Source: Trichoplax adhaerens (taxonomy: Eukaryota; Animalia; Placozoa). From it: a DNA stretch of 64,000 nt. Numbering within the stretch: the stretch's first letter is position 1; each line of letters opens with the position of its first letter. Under the pieces are notes generated by a model. It was not told the DNA's origin. It worked only from the letters and a program-made list of their open reading frames with translations, and did no database searches. A program made the position numbers and the translations under genes. The DNA lies in NCBI RefSeq assembly GCF_000150275.1, contig NW_002060987.1:23926-87925 (forward strand). The letters are read 5' to 3'. Positions 1-13,800 of this stretch are shown here, in pieces.

Positions 1-1659
1 GGGTACAGTAAATTGACCATAGTAATAATTTCATTAAAGGGAAACATGAATGATTAATCCACTTAATTAAGCGCTAATCGCGTAGTATTAGTTGCTAAGG
101 TTATGGTTATACGTGTGGTATACTCGTATGTTGATGGGAAATGGCACTTGTAGATCAGCAGTTCCGTTCAATACACTCGAGTACAAGAGGCAGGAATGCA
201 AAGAGCGTTATCTCCCCCATAGATGAGTGTAATTGTACCGAATGTATTGGTAGATTGTTGACCACTTGGTAATAAACAGTTAACGAAGGATTATAGCAGA
301 ATACTTCGGTGTTGACTGTTTATGACTCTAATTCGAATGGATTTGATGTGTCATTGTAGCCACGCATTCACTGTTCAATCGAATAGTTACAATGCTATGA
401 CTTTTTTTTGTATGCAACCTGAAGAAACAAACTGCATATTGCCGGCCCGCGTCAGATCAGATTTTAGAAACGTATATTACATACCATACTACAATCAGTG
501 GCACCAACTGCCCTACATACATTTCAATGTTGCATTTATCAGTGATTGTGCCACTAGAAAGATCAGACATGGGGATATTTTCTCTCGCCGCATTATTGCA
601 TTCAACATTATACGCAAAGTAAAGCACTTTCCATTTCTTGATAATAACCCTTATACCAATACTGTAACTATGGTAAGTCTGTCAGGTAGATTTAAACTGC
701 CAGTTAGTTATCTTCGATTGAACAAGGAATAATAGTATTTTAGCTTGCTAACTACATTTCCTGTGGAGAATGTTGAACGTTATATTGATGCAATAGATCA
801 AGTGCAATGTTAATGGTGAACAATGTACCGTTATTGGGAAAGTGGACATGTCTATTCTGGGACATCTATTAAGTGTTTTCAGTACTTTGTTTTTCGATAG
901 TGACTGGTGTATTATGATGTATACCTTGGGTCGTTTTCGCTGGCTTTGACGGCGTGTTATTACATCTTCTTCGTCGCTGTTTCTCGCACCTGGAGAAAGC
1001 CACTTATTTTCTGGTACGCTTTGTTTGCTTCCGTTCATCTTCTCTCAGTCTACTCTAAATGATGACTATGATGAACCCATTTGATAACGTTAACACTGAT
1101 CCATGTTACAATCAATCTACTCCATTACAAGTTGACAACGTCCATGATTACATCTATACCTCACTACATTAACTATCGGTATACTGACTGAATTTCAATT
1201 CAAAATAGTCAAATTCTCCATCTTCTGATCAGTTGACTACTAGAGGTACTAGAGCATTGATACGAGTAAAACTTGCATCCCGTACAATGATGATAATGGC
1301 AGAATCAATTACCAGTTTCAATGGTTATCCGATTTCTTTCCGCTACCAATGAAAGGATAGTAATATTCTTTCCGGTAATAGTCCAACAGTTTCTACTTGT
1401 TTCTATCAATCCTTCTTCAGTTCTAGGATAAATGAAGTGAGAAATATTCAATTGACTACCTAGACAAAGGGCAGCTTGAGTCGCAACTTCACCAACACTA
1501 ACACTACCGTACGATGCACTGCGTATCATGTATCCTACACCAGCTGACTACAGTGACAGCACTAAGCCAGCGTCGAATCTATTTGAATCGAGTCGATTCA
1601 ATTTTGCTTGTTTTGCTGATTGGATCAGAGTCCGACTAGCGTCACACCGTACTAAGGCT

Positions 1660-2110
1660 TACAGTACTTTTACTGTAGGCTACAGTACAGCACAGTACAG
1701 TACAATTTTGACAGTGTACTGTACAGTACTACAGTATAATCGCGTACAGTACAGTACAGTGCTGTACAGCACAGTACAAATTTTACAGTGTACAGTACTA
1801 CAACCACATACTGTACACTGTACAGTACAGTACAGCACAGTACAAACTTCACAGTGTACAGTACCATAATCGTATACTGTACACTGTACTGTACTGTACA
1901 GAACATGAAACCTTATTCGTCTGGTACTAGACCTGAGAAAGGTCCGGTTTACAGCATAGTACAGTACAGTATGAGCCTTTGTGGCCATTGTAGTACTGTA
2001 CACTGTGTACAGTACAGTATAATAGTACAGTACAGTACTGTACTGTACAAGCTCAACAATTCATGTACTGTACGTGTGTATAAAAGAAAGCATCACAGTA
2101 CTGTACTCTA
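1660..2110. repeat. TACAG/CTGTA-rich low-complexity array with a degenerate 65-80 bp higher-order unit
   Basis: Dense interleaved CAGTA and TACTG pentamers. CAGCACAGTACAAAxTTxACAGTGTACAGTAC recurs near 1688, 1768 and 1833. This explains the spurious YSTVQ/CTVLY ORFs in the track. Confidence 0.9.
2079..2085 (+). promoter_or_regulatory. Candidate TATA box for TMEM181
   Basis: TATAAAA at the 3' edge of the TACAG array, upstream of a GCCATGG followed by a GTAAGG donor (2249-2257). Confidence 0.3.
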
Positions 2111-3590
2111 CTGGCTCTCCAGATGGCTCAATGGCAAACTTTTAGTCATCATCGAAAGTAGTTGCGCTTATTGCGGCTGGAATCACCATTAAGGAATTCT
2201 ATCTGTCTACATCCATCGTTGAAAAAATTCTTTCTTGTCCATGTAGCCATGGAATGGTAAGGACAATATGTCTATTCTAGATGATCGAGGATGCTAAACA
2301 TGACTCTATTATCATAGCATCACAGTACCGCAGGATAAGATGAATATCAATTAATTATACGCGTATATTATAATTGTCAACCAAGCACATCTGGCCAGGT
2401 AACACTAGCATAGAAGCAATAGACTCACAAAGTATTTGTAGCAATATCCCTATGACATGATTATGTTGTGCAGTGGAATTACTAGTACTCCTGCTAGATG
2501 GCAATACAATCTGCCACAGATTGAAGCGATACCATCGGTCAGTCTAAGTTAAATTCAAATCCATGGTACAAACAAGAAACCACAGTATTAGATTAACAAT
2601 TACAATCAAGAAGAAGAAGATTAACTGAAATTCTTCCATAGCTTATAATGTGACCTTTAGCCTCAGTAGATTGTATGCTGCAATGATAATGGAACACTTT
2701 CTTCATAAGTTCACGGTTCTTGAGATCGATTGTGTCTTGCTACTTGTCATGTTGCCTACAGTACGAGTACAGATTAATAACATGAATCAGTCATCACGTC
2801 TACAAACTTGAAACCCTCGAGTCTCCCACTAGGCGGGTTGCAAGTAGAGTGTGTATAGTACTTTCTTGCATTAATCACTGATGTTCAGTTGATCTTTATA
2901 CAAATTATACAACACGGAAATTGACTGTGATAGTAAATATCATCTGTGCAGTACATGCTAATAAATCACGTACAACAATAACTACTGTAATAAGTGTACT
3001 ATCTGTTATGTATAATTATTAAATCGTCTCTTGTGTAATTGAGTTGGTGGCGGCTCTCTTTTGTGGTATTGCGATAAATTGCACAAGGGCTTTGTATTAA
3101 CCTCACAAATGATACTACTACCATCACTTATACAGTAATTAAAGTTTTCCTTTACATTCTTCCAATTTATCGATGAGAATCCAATTTACACTCATTGCAT
3201 AACTAGGTGAAGAATAAACTGATTCGTAGTTTGTGTCAAGCGTGATGATAATAATGGTAAAGCTTTGCATACTTTACAAAGGTATTCATAAATCGGTCAC
3301 ACTCTTACTTCACAGTACAGCATACGTACATATAACGGAGATGGAAGCATCATTTCTACTGCTCTACACTAAACTACTTACTTCTTTGCGATGCTAATTT
3401 AATCAAGACAACTACATCCATTTTTGCCTACAAAACATACTCTCAATGATTTATTATTGTATACGGTGGTTGATAATTATAATTATTACATGTACAGTAT
3501 ATAGTACACTGTAATGATAACGAAATAGAGTTACCGATGGGTATTAGTTATCATATTGATTACAATTTCTCTTTCGTCTTATCAAGTTCG

Positions 3591-6500
3591 ATGCAATTGA
3601 AGTTACATGCTCTTACAAAGAGACAATTTGCCTTGGTTTACCTAGCTTTCTTTTTTGGCTTTATTATCCTGATACTAGTTGGAGTTACGGGTAAGATGTA
3701 ATGGTATTATTGCAATTATAAGAATTGTTCAAAAGCATTATACGCGTACTTTATTGGAATGTAGTCTAACAAATGATATGTATACGAACTTGGACTCGAT
3801 CAAGTAGCAATCTCTAATTGTTCAATATTAGCCAATTCAGCATCACTTAATACTAACCTCCATAAATCCTTACTTTGTCGTATTACATCTACCACTATTA
3901 TAAAGATCATTTGCAAAGATAATGTTATGACAACAGTCAGATCATTGAACAGTGAAGTAGTAGTAGATTAATCGAATCATTTCTTTGAGAAGCGAATAGA
4001 ATTTAGCAGTGTACCCTAAATATCACAAGCATTTCACTAACGTAAGGTCTTTCTTTATGCATACTTGAATTAATTGCGTAAAATCAGTTATTTTAGCGAT
4101 ATTTAATATAGGTACCTTTGCATTTCTAATGTATGCGATATAGTACAGTACAGCATAAACTACTAAACATTTAGTAGTCCATGAGTACAGGTAGCTACAC
4201 TCACATGCTTTCATTATCGTCGTTCTTAAGAATTTGCTAAAGGTTACATTCTCCAAAATTGATCTTGAATCATTTATACTATTCAATACTAACTTGTGTG
4301 CTTTACGGCTCAGCTACTAAGTACTCTGAAAGTGATCATGACTTGCTATTACGCTGTGGGCTTAAGAATAAGCTTTCGCCTTCAAGCTTATTTTTATCAT
4401 CTTCTATTATTATACAGGGCCTCCAGTATTAACTCCAATTGCTGCAAACTACAGCAATTCGGTAACAAAACCTACGCATAGTTCTCTAAATGTAAGTTAA
4501 AGGGAACAACACCAAAGAATAATGACTATCTACATGAATGAGTGAACACGATAACGCTAATATATCGATATGATTACCTTTTGCAACTAATTAATTATTC
4601 ATTGCAGCAGAAGATTTTTCTGTAGTAATCAAAAATATCCATAGCGTTACTGATTGTGGATATATTTCAGAGTGGACCTTTTACAGTAAACACTGGAGAA
4701 CACGCTTTAAATTTATTTAATCAACAACTCTGGCTATTTTGTCGCCTGAAAATCAACGAGCAATCTTCCGGTAAAGCAAGTTGATTGTGCTGTTTTATGT
4801 AAACAATGTATTTAATATGTTAAATCACTGATTTTGTATGATTTCATAAAATTTCTACTTGACTCGTTTGTTTTCTCTTTATCTATAGTACGTATCTTGG
4901 GTATAGTATTTCAAGTTAAAGCAACTGTAAAAGGTAGAAATAAAGATGGACATTACGTGATACTTTCTGACTTTAATCGTACTCGAAAATTAGAATGCAA
5001 GGGATCGGTATGTCTATTTGCTTTGAGTATCTTTCATACGGCTTACAATCATTTTATATATATGTTAATATATATATATACAGTTTGAACATTTTTTTAT
5101 GACATTGTATTATTTTGATAGAAATGTGAAGAATTCATGGTATTTCATGTGGGATTTCTGAACTTTGAAAAATACGAAGTAATAGTACGATTTCACGGAT
5201 TGGATGCAATTAATGTTACTAACGTACGCTTTGAGGTATGTTAGAAGCCTTTCATTAAGGAATACGTTATAAAATTTTTATAAGTAACTTGCATAGAATA
5301 ATGCTTACTAGCTGTACCAGCAATTAGGACTTGGATTATAATGAATGAGTTTTGAAAATGAACTTTTAAATTGATATATTTATTCATTAATATATTTAGT
5401 TTCAACACTACAATGTCGCCTATTCCAGAATTGAACTGTGGCTTCGATTCATATTCGCCGTTTGCTCTTTTGTCATTGGCGTAAGTAGAGTGTATAATCT
5501 ACAGTTTGAATATAAAATATCTGTATACTAATAACAAATCTTGATGATAATCTCTTTAACAGTGTGTTTTCATATACATCCTTCGGACATTTGGGATCCA
5601 TCAGTGGACAGTTGAGCAAAAGTAAATGATTATGATATAATCCGAATTTTACTACAAATAATCCCAATTCCATACTGTTGTTATCGTAGTAATAACAAAT
5701 TTTTCATTGCTAAGACTGCCATCATATCACGCGACTTTCTCGGAATGTAGTACCACCACCTTTATAAATTATATAATTAATGAGACTTTCTTATCTTTCA
5801 GATGGCTTTCATTTCTTCTTCCATTACTGCTACTATTCAACAGTCAGTAGAAAATGTATTTCTCCGTTTATCTTGAAAGTGATCTTTAAATTCTATTGAC
5901 TCTTTTGTTATAGATCCTTTATATCCATTAAAATTCCTTGTAACCAATGCGTCTGCATACGTTATCGACGCCATTTTTGAATCAAGTTTTATTGCTGCTC
6001 TTCTATTATTTTGGTTATGCATATCTCACAGTATGAGAGAAGTATGATATTGATCGGACGGATGATTTTGATACTAACTTACATTCTTGTGTTCTAAGCT
6101 AAACTACAGTATAAGGGCTAGTTTGGATCCATTTGCTATATTAACATCTCAATACATATTAGCATTATAGCAAGAAATTCTTCACATTTTATGCGCCGAA
6201 GATATTATTAGTCGGTCTGCTATGGATTGCTGCTTTTACCTTGTCTGTATGGCAAGAGTAAGTGTGTAATGTTCATCAATAAAATTGTGTATAAAATGAC
6301 ATAATAAGTGCTTCCATTTTAATAGAACTATTGAATTAAATGCTCCAATCGAACAATACACGCAATATGCCGCCAAATTTGAGGTAAGAAGTAATTACAG
6401 ATACAAATGCACGCTTTTATACATCGAAGTATGAAATTATAACTTAAGCCAAATTTCTGTCTCTATGCGTAGGGTCTAAAAGTATTTCTGTACATCCTGA

Positions 6501-7432
6501 TTGGACTGTATGTGTTGTACTTACTTTATTTGTTAGTCAGAGCATATGGAGAACTACGTAATTTAGCCTTTCATGGTAAGGAATTCGTAACTATTATAGC
6601 ATATTAAATGTTATATGAGTAACTCTTTTGGTATTTCTGATGTAAGCGCCCTAAAGTTAACTTTGAGCTGTTTTTCGGTCATTTTATGGCATATGCTTTA
6701 TTTCTCCTTATGTAGATGTAAAAATGAAATTCTTCACATCATCAATGCTCTTCGTGATGATTGTATGGTAATAACAATTATTCTTTACAGCGATCGATCG
6801 ATTATAATTAACTATAAGCGTAAACCCACAAATTATAAATCTTTTGGATGACATAACGCTTACCCTATGAATTTTTTATTTATTTCAAGCGTTGTTCTTT
6901 TAGTCATTCAATATGAACGATCTACCTTGCATACCAACATTTTAGCTCAGTTAATCACTCTCTATCAAAGACATATCCTAAGAAATTGATACAAATCAGA
7001 AATTTTGTCAACTTTTAGCCAATATCGCTGCATTCCTTAACCTATTTTACATTCAGAATTCGTTATCCTGTTTGGAGTATTAAACTTTTACATTTACATG
7101 ATGGCATTCGTCTATTCTCCAGCGAAATTTGCAATTGAAGGTTAGCTTTATTAATACATCGCTGTAAGATTTGTCGATAAACTAAAACTAACACGTAGTT
7201 TATACCTCTCTGATAGAGGCTATGAATAAGCGCAATGCAGTTTTTTCAGCTTTAAATGGAGAAGAGCGTGTCATTTACGGGTAAGTAACTCTTGATATCC
7301 GTTTCAATTTTAGCTTATAATTAATTGCTTAACCAATTAATTAATTTCCTTTTGAAAAATGGCAGTAGGAAGAGGAGTAAAAATCAACGATTACCGCTAG
7401 AGAGCGACGAAGATGAAGAGTTATCATCTTAA
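3591..7432 (+). CDS. TMEM181: TMEM181 (GPR178, Wntless-like multi-pass membrane protein), multi-exon
   Basis: Spliced translation gives MQLKLHALTKRQFALVYLAFFFGF (cf. MRLYTLSKRHFVLVF), IELWLRFIF, WTVEQ|RWLSFLLPLLLLFN.PLYP, LLLFWLC, SEFVILFGVLNFYIYMMAFVYSP and an acidic C-terminus ending in TAA at 7430-7432. A possible coding micro-exon ATGGAATG at 2249-2256 is phase-compatible with the acceptor at 3586. Confidence 0.9.
6973..7050 (+). other. U12-type (minor spliceosome) AT-AC intron in TMEM181
   Basis: 5' end ATATCCTA, branch site TTCCTTAAC at 7033-7041, 3' end AC. Removal gives LYQRHSEF, colinear with vertebrate HYQNSAEF. Retention introduces an in-frame TGA. Confidence 0.9.
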
Positions 7433-8482
7433 TCTTTTATACATTAAAATGACTAGTCTGTCACTATAATTGAATATATTTTGTTTGCAGTGTACTTTAT
7501 GTATTTAGTTCTTGATGAAAAAGTACCATCCATCGTTACTTATGTACAAATTGCATACCTGCTTCGATTATATTTATGAATTCGACCTATTATTAGCAGT
7601 ACGATAAATAGGGTTTCAGAACTGTTAAGGTAAATTGTACTTTTTGTGCTTTGTATTGATAAGCCTGACTGCAAAAACAATTGAAATGTCGCAATATCAT
7701 TAATTCGATAGAAAGCTATCTAAAAAAGCCTATAAATTGAGCATAAATTGAAGCCTATAACTGTAACCCTGAAGAAATTCGAACGCATCTCTAAGAATTA
7801 AAGTAGACAGATTTATTTGTTAAGTTCAAAATTAAATTTTATAGATGATTATGGCAGTTAAGCGTAATCCCTCACATTACAGTCATATATTTATTATGAA
7901 GCATAGTTACCCTCATTATTTATCATTTAAATATCTTCTATGCTAATAAAATTTGCAACAATTTTGCCACGCATAAATCTGATTGCCTAATCTTGTTGCC
8001 ATTAATCATGGGATTGTAATTGGTACAAAGCAGCCTTAGAAGGATGATTTGTTGTTCTTGCTATCTATCCTATGCATACAGTACTACAGTACAATGAACA
8101 GCAATACCAATAATAATTCATAGCTTCAATTAGGTAATTGCTTATTCTATATACTTTATATTATCACGGATTAAACTTAGAAGTTAGAATTTTAAGCTGA
8201 ACGTGTCAGTATTCAGTAACAGCAGTGAATTTTCCAGCGTGTACACTGGAGAAATAATGCCGTACTCGCTGAGACCCGCGGAAATTCCACTACTATTCGT
8301 AGCTGAAACTGGTAGGAATTCCACTGCTATACTGTAGAAAATATGCAAATCATCTACGTTAGTGTCCACCAGTACGGGCAGTATCACATTGTGGATTGTT
8401 TAATGGAGCAATCGGTTGGTCGTCAAAACTTATTTGCTGTTGCTGGTCAAAACGTCTTTACTGTTGCTATGCTACAGAACCT

Positions 8483-8641
8483 TACAGTTTACAGTACTGA
8501 GTGTAGAGTTACAGTACTGTACACTGTAACTGTACAGTACAGTACTCGACTAAATACTGTACTGTATACTTAGTGTAAAGTACTGTACAGTAGTACTGTA
8601 CTCATGCGCGAAAGCTACCGGTGCATTAATTAACTACAGTA
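8483..8641. repeat. TACAG/CTGTA cluster upstream of RWDD1
   Basis: Repeated TACAGTACTGTAC-type palindromic words about 230-380 nt before the RWDD1 ATG. Confidence 0.75.
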
Positions 8642-8865
8642 TATTGAATAGAAGATACTGCGCCTTACAGTATTAGGCTTTAGAGCTCTTTGACTGTATC
8701 CGAAACAAACAAAAGTTTCGTGATCAGTCCATTGCTAAATATCAATTTGCGATTCTAATTCATCGCTACTAGTCAATCTGCCAGTCTATAAGTAATACAG
8801 TGTTATAACTTAACTTATAAGAAAGATTTTTTGATAGTAGGTAAGCTTTAAAATATGCTAAGGTG

Positions 8866-10534
8866 ATGGATTTCGCCGAAGAACAGCGTAATGAAGTAGA
8901 GGCTTTGGAATCCATTTATCTGGATGATCTTCAAAGTAAGGAGCACATGTGAATGTTGAGTGATATAGTTATTGCTAATTTGGAAAGGCGAGATATACGT
9001 GTACAGTACAGTATTTACTTTCTCTGACTACTGTATGTCGTATGCTTCACCGTGGACATTTAAAGTTTTTAAAGGATCTTTTAGTTTGTAAAGGTAGTAA
9101 TTCCAATGTTGGTTAGCCAAACGCTAAAGCTGTACAATTTATTCAGCATTTTTGTTATACACTATCACAATACAGTATACTACGATGTAGTATACCATAG
9201 CACGTGAGACATTTTGCCCTTATTGCATATACTCGTACCTAGCTACTAAAACTATATTGCTTCAACAACCTTTCCAAGATGCATTTCTTGCTTTTATCTT
9301 GTTTTCCTATCAAAACGAGGTAAGATTAAATGCGCATTTCTTTCAAATTTTGCAGTAATAGAAGAAGATCCATGGTCCTTTACTATTTACGTCGAGTGTG
9401 ATCAACAGGAGGATAACCCAAAATTCGAAGGTAGTACTCATTCTATTTATATTTATTTTATATTACGCTGTAAGGACTTTCCACCACAATGTGAATAAAT
9501 TGCAACTAGCACTAATTATGGTTATAATCGCTGATTCACGTGGTTTATTGACGACTTGTCTATTTAGTCAAGAAAGTTTAGATTTGCTGGTTGTTTACCT
9601 TGAGCGCGTACAAACTACAATGTTTTCTATTTTCAATATTTCGGAAATAGCATGTTCGGTACAGTTTCGCTTTACTCTTACCCCGTGTTACCCAGAAACT
9701 CCGCCGGAGATACAAATTATTGAAAAAGATAACCTATCTGATAATGATATATCTGATATTATGGAAATAATGAAGGAACAGGTTAGCTCTCATGAATTCA
9801 TTTATGTGTATCATCAACGGAGTCGCTCAGTAACCTTTCGTAACACCGTTAGGCTGATGAAAATTCAGGCATGGCCATGGTATTTACGTTACTATCAGCC
9901 GCCAAGGATAAGATGGCAGAAATTGCAGAGAATATTCTCATACAGAAAGAAGACGAAATCCAGAAGCTGAAAAGGCTTGCCGAAGAGCGTGATAAGGTAT
10001 GAATTGTTATGTCAAAAGGCATCTTTAGATACAGTTTATGATCATAAAATCACAGAGTCAATTAGACGAATGATAATTCTTTGGGTTGAGTTTATTTTGA
10101 GTACGTCTATTTCTTAGGCTATTCGGTTAGGAACTCCTGTTACAGTTGCAAACTTTTTAAAATGGAAAGCTGAATTTGAACAAGAGCAGTCGGCTGCCAA
10201 GAAGCGCTCGAAAAATAACGATAGCACTTCTACTAAGTTAACTGGTCAATAAATGTTTCCGTAACTATTACTTTAAATTAACTCCAATTAAACTATGTGC
10301 TATTAATTATCTTGTTTCTTAGGTCGGCAATTATTCGAAAGTGATAGCTCTTTGAAAAATTCAGATGCTTCATTTATGCAAGACGGTAGTTATTTGCAAT
10401 AATGAATTTAGTCTACAGTGTCATTTTTAAATTAAACACTAACGGATTCATTTATAGGTGATGTGAGAATTGATGAATCACTGTTCGAAGATCTTGACGG
10501 TTTGGATATTGAAGAAGATATGGAAGACGACTAA
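8866..10534 (+). CDS. RWDD1: RWD domain-containing protein 1 (DFRP2), 7 exons
   Basis: MDFAEEQRNEVEALESIY, YPETPP, GMAMVFTL, GTPVTVANFLKWKAEFE, KLTGRQLFE and an acidic tail IDESLFEDLDGLDIEEDMEDD*. All introns are GT-AG. Confidence 0.95.
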
Positions 10535-10841
10535 CGAATATAGTTACGTGTACAATAATAGTATCTTCGCATCATGGCGACCAAATTTTATATAGAACTG
10601 TATCATTTATTGGCTACTATTTTATGTAAATCATGGTAAACTTTTGTTGAATAATCGGAATAATATAATATTACTTGCTGCAAAGACGCATTAATATTGC
10701 ATAACAATTTATACAATTAAACCTCAAGCAGGCCATTCAATTTCATTTCGAAAAAATGTCTATTATACAGGAACTAATTATTATTGCATGCGAGTGCCTC
10801 GATATCACCTATTTCTTAGTGCTAGAAGCAATTTTAGATAT

Positions 10842-13800
10842 TCATAGCCACGTTAAAGTAAAGTTATTGGCCAAACTCTGTTCAACATCAGTGACATTCA
10901 GTACCTGCAGATACACGTAAATGTAGTAAATATCAAAACAATTGGTTAATTTTAAAATCTTGACTAATATCCAATGACGCCGCACTATGATCTGGATATT
11001 AACTCATTGATTTAGCATATCCTGCTCTAGCAATATTAACTTAGGCTTTAATGATTACCTTTGACGCGGAATTAAATTGAAATGTCGTTAACGAAATGCC
11101 ATTTAGGAAAATATTAGTCACTGTTTTTGACAACCCAAATATAAGGATACGACCTAACGTTGGCAACTGTCGGTATTCAAATTTGGTAGTGATTCCGTCT
11201 AATTGTGTCTGAAATTCATAGAATTCGGCAAGGTGAGTTTGATTCAAATTACGCAAGTTTACTGCATATTCACGTGCCTACATTTGAACCTGGCATATAA
11301 ACTATTCCTTATTATCATATCTAAGCTATGCTTACCCCGTTGGCCTTAAATTCCAGTAAGGAAAAATTACCGTTTCTATACGTATCTAAATTTCGAAGCA
11401 ATGAATGACTCAAAGTTAAAATAGCATCTGCAACACCATAATAACTGCTGTGATTTTCTCTATCAATCATTAGGTTTCAAATAGTAATAAGAACGGCTGC
11501 ATTAGCATATATTATAAGGGATGCTGCATTGTTGAGCTATCACTATGCAAGCAACCATTAAGTCTTGCTATTGTACATAATTGTTAATTTGGCTATTACA
11601 CTACAGACAATAATTAATTTATATTTTCTATTGGCATAATGATTTACAACTATACGTTCCTACTATTATGTTGGCAGAGTGAACGTAAGTGGTATAGTAA
11701 TCATCACAGATCATACACGGTGCATAGAACGCTAAAATACGACACAGATGCATGCGAGTAGTTACAAACCGATAGATATGCCGTCATCCCAAAATAAGTT
11801 TCCAGTTGCGCTGCTGTTATCGTCAAGTGCCACTATTAGTCCGAACTGATTTAATCGACTATCGGAAAAATCCGTTATTTAGAAATCTTTAATTAAAGTT
11901 TCTTAACGCACATCCTGTACTACGTAGTAACGTACTTAAATTATTATTTCACAACTATCGCTGTTACCGTTCGTTCATACCTGTATTCAGTGTTGTTTGC
12001 CGGCTCCTGGGTGGGCAATATATAGCCTCCTCTCACATGCAATGGTATATAATCGGCAGGAGCAGATAACACTACCGTTGTACCTCGCTGGTTTGACAAA
12101 ATTTCAACACCAGTCCTGTAATCATACCATCGAGCGTTTGGGAAATAAGCATGTACTGTTATGGCTCCCTGAGTGAGCACCGGTGAAATTAACAATCCTC
12201 CTCCCCACATAAATTGTTTATCAGTACTTCTACAATTAATGTCTTTAGGGAATTCCATCATTAATGGCCTCATAACTGTGAAACCTTCCGTGTGTGCTAT
12301 ATGAAAGAGCGTATATAGATACGGTAGTAAGGTATATCGAATTTGGAGTACGTTAAGGGAATTTAATGCAATTGCTCCATTAAAAGCAGCTGGATCTTGA
12401 TCAATGCTATGGATGCTATTATGATTCCTCGAGAAGGTATAGAATGCTCCCAATTGCATCCATCGATTGCATAACTCAACAGAACTATCTCCAGAGAAAC
12501 CACAAATGTCGGCACCAATATAAGGAATACCAAACATATTAAATTCCAAGCAACCGATTATGGAGTAAGTCATAGAAGGCCATTCAGATTTATTATCGCC
12601 CAGCCAGTGTCCACCATACCGTCCGCTACTAGGAAATGTAGATCGTGATATAACTATACTCCTTAAATTGTTGCCTAAAGCCATCCGTACTGCAGTCAGA
12701 GACGGCAAAATTTCACTATGACCATATAAGCTGTGAACATTATAATGGAGTGATTGATATTGCTTTGCATCCATACAGATAGTTTTATCATATAGCACAG
12801 CTCCCCATAAACCTCTAGGCTTATATGGAGGATTATTATAGGCGTTATTAGGGCATCCAGCAATAGATCCTTGAACAAAATTAGCTGGCTCATTCATATC
12901 AATCCATAAGCCATCAAATTTTAGAGATTTGTGAAAAGCGACGACTTGATTTTGCCACCAAATACTTGCGGAAGGATTACTAAAGTCAGGGAAGACCGCA
13001 TTACCGCGTGGCCAAACTTTACCGATCAAATTTTTTCCTGAACTATCATTAACAAATACATTCATCCTAATACCTTCGAAATAAGGAGGATATGTGTCAT
13101 TAGTTTGATTATTACTAATTGCAGGATCCAAGATAATAATATAGTGTTGACCATGTGTATGTAACTCTTCCACATATTCAGGTAAACCAGCATAAGCATT
13201 TGTGTCGTACGTAAAATCTAAAGCATATCGCATATAGTCAATATCCCCATATAGTACATCTAAGGGTATATTGTAATCCTGCATCCTTCGCATTACTTCC
13301 TTGACACGAGTAAGGCTACCGTATCCATATTTGCTAAGTTGAAAACCTAGGGACCAATAGGGTGGCATTAATGGCAATCCAATGGTTTTTGTGTAGTCTT
13401 GAGAAACTGCAGAAGGAGATTCACCGACAAATACGAATATATCGATAATACCACCAATTGATCGAAAAGTTAAAGCAGGGGCACGTGAAAGTATAAATTC
13501 CATTGCATTGCTATTGAGGAAAAGAGCTCCATTACTATGGCCCTGACTGTCTTCGATATTGAGGTAGAAGGGATGAACTCCGTATAAATTAGCATTTTCT
13601 ATAGGTGGTTGATCTCTTGCAAATAAACCCCATAGTTTCCAATTAAAATCTTGGTGTTTTAATGTACGGTGTTCGTGTTCGCCTAACCCGTAAAAATCTT
13701 GCGATGCTAACCTAGTGCTTATTTCTAAAAACTGATTTTCGTAAACTAACCCACCAATTGAAGTATCAAATATTACTTTTCCTGTAGATTTTCGCTTAAT

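Noticed and set aside
1-1530. ORFs at 322-732, 748-1038 and 1305-1529 as a gene at the left edge
   Set aside because: No recognisable homology, and I could not splice them into a continuous frame. A divergent gene here cannot be excluded.
1528-2192. Overlapping YSTVQ/CTVLY-rich ORFs
   Set aside because: Translation artefacts of the CAGTA/TACTG repeat.
9398-9970. 190-aa ORF
   Set aside because: Read-through of RWDD1 introns around one real exon.
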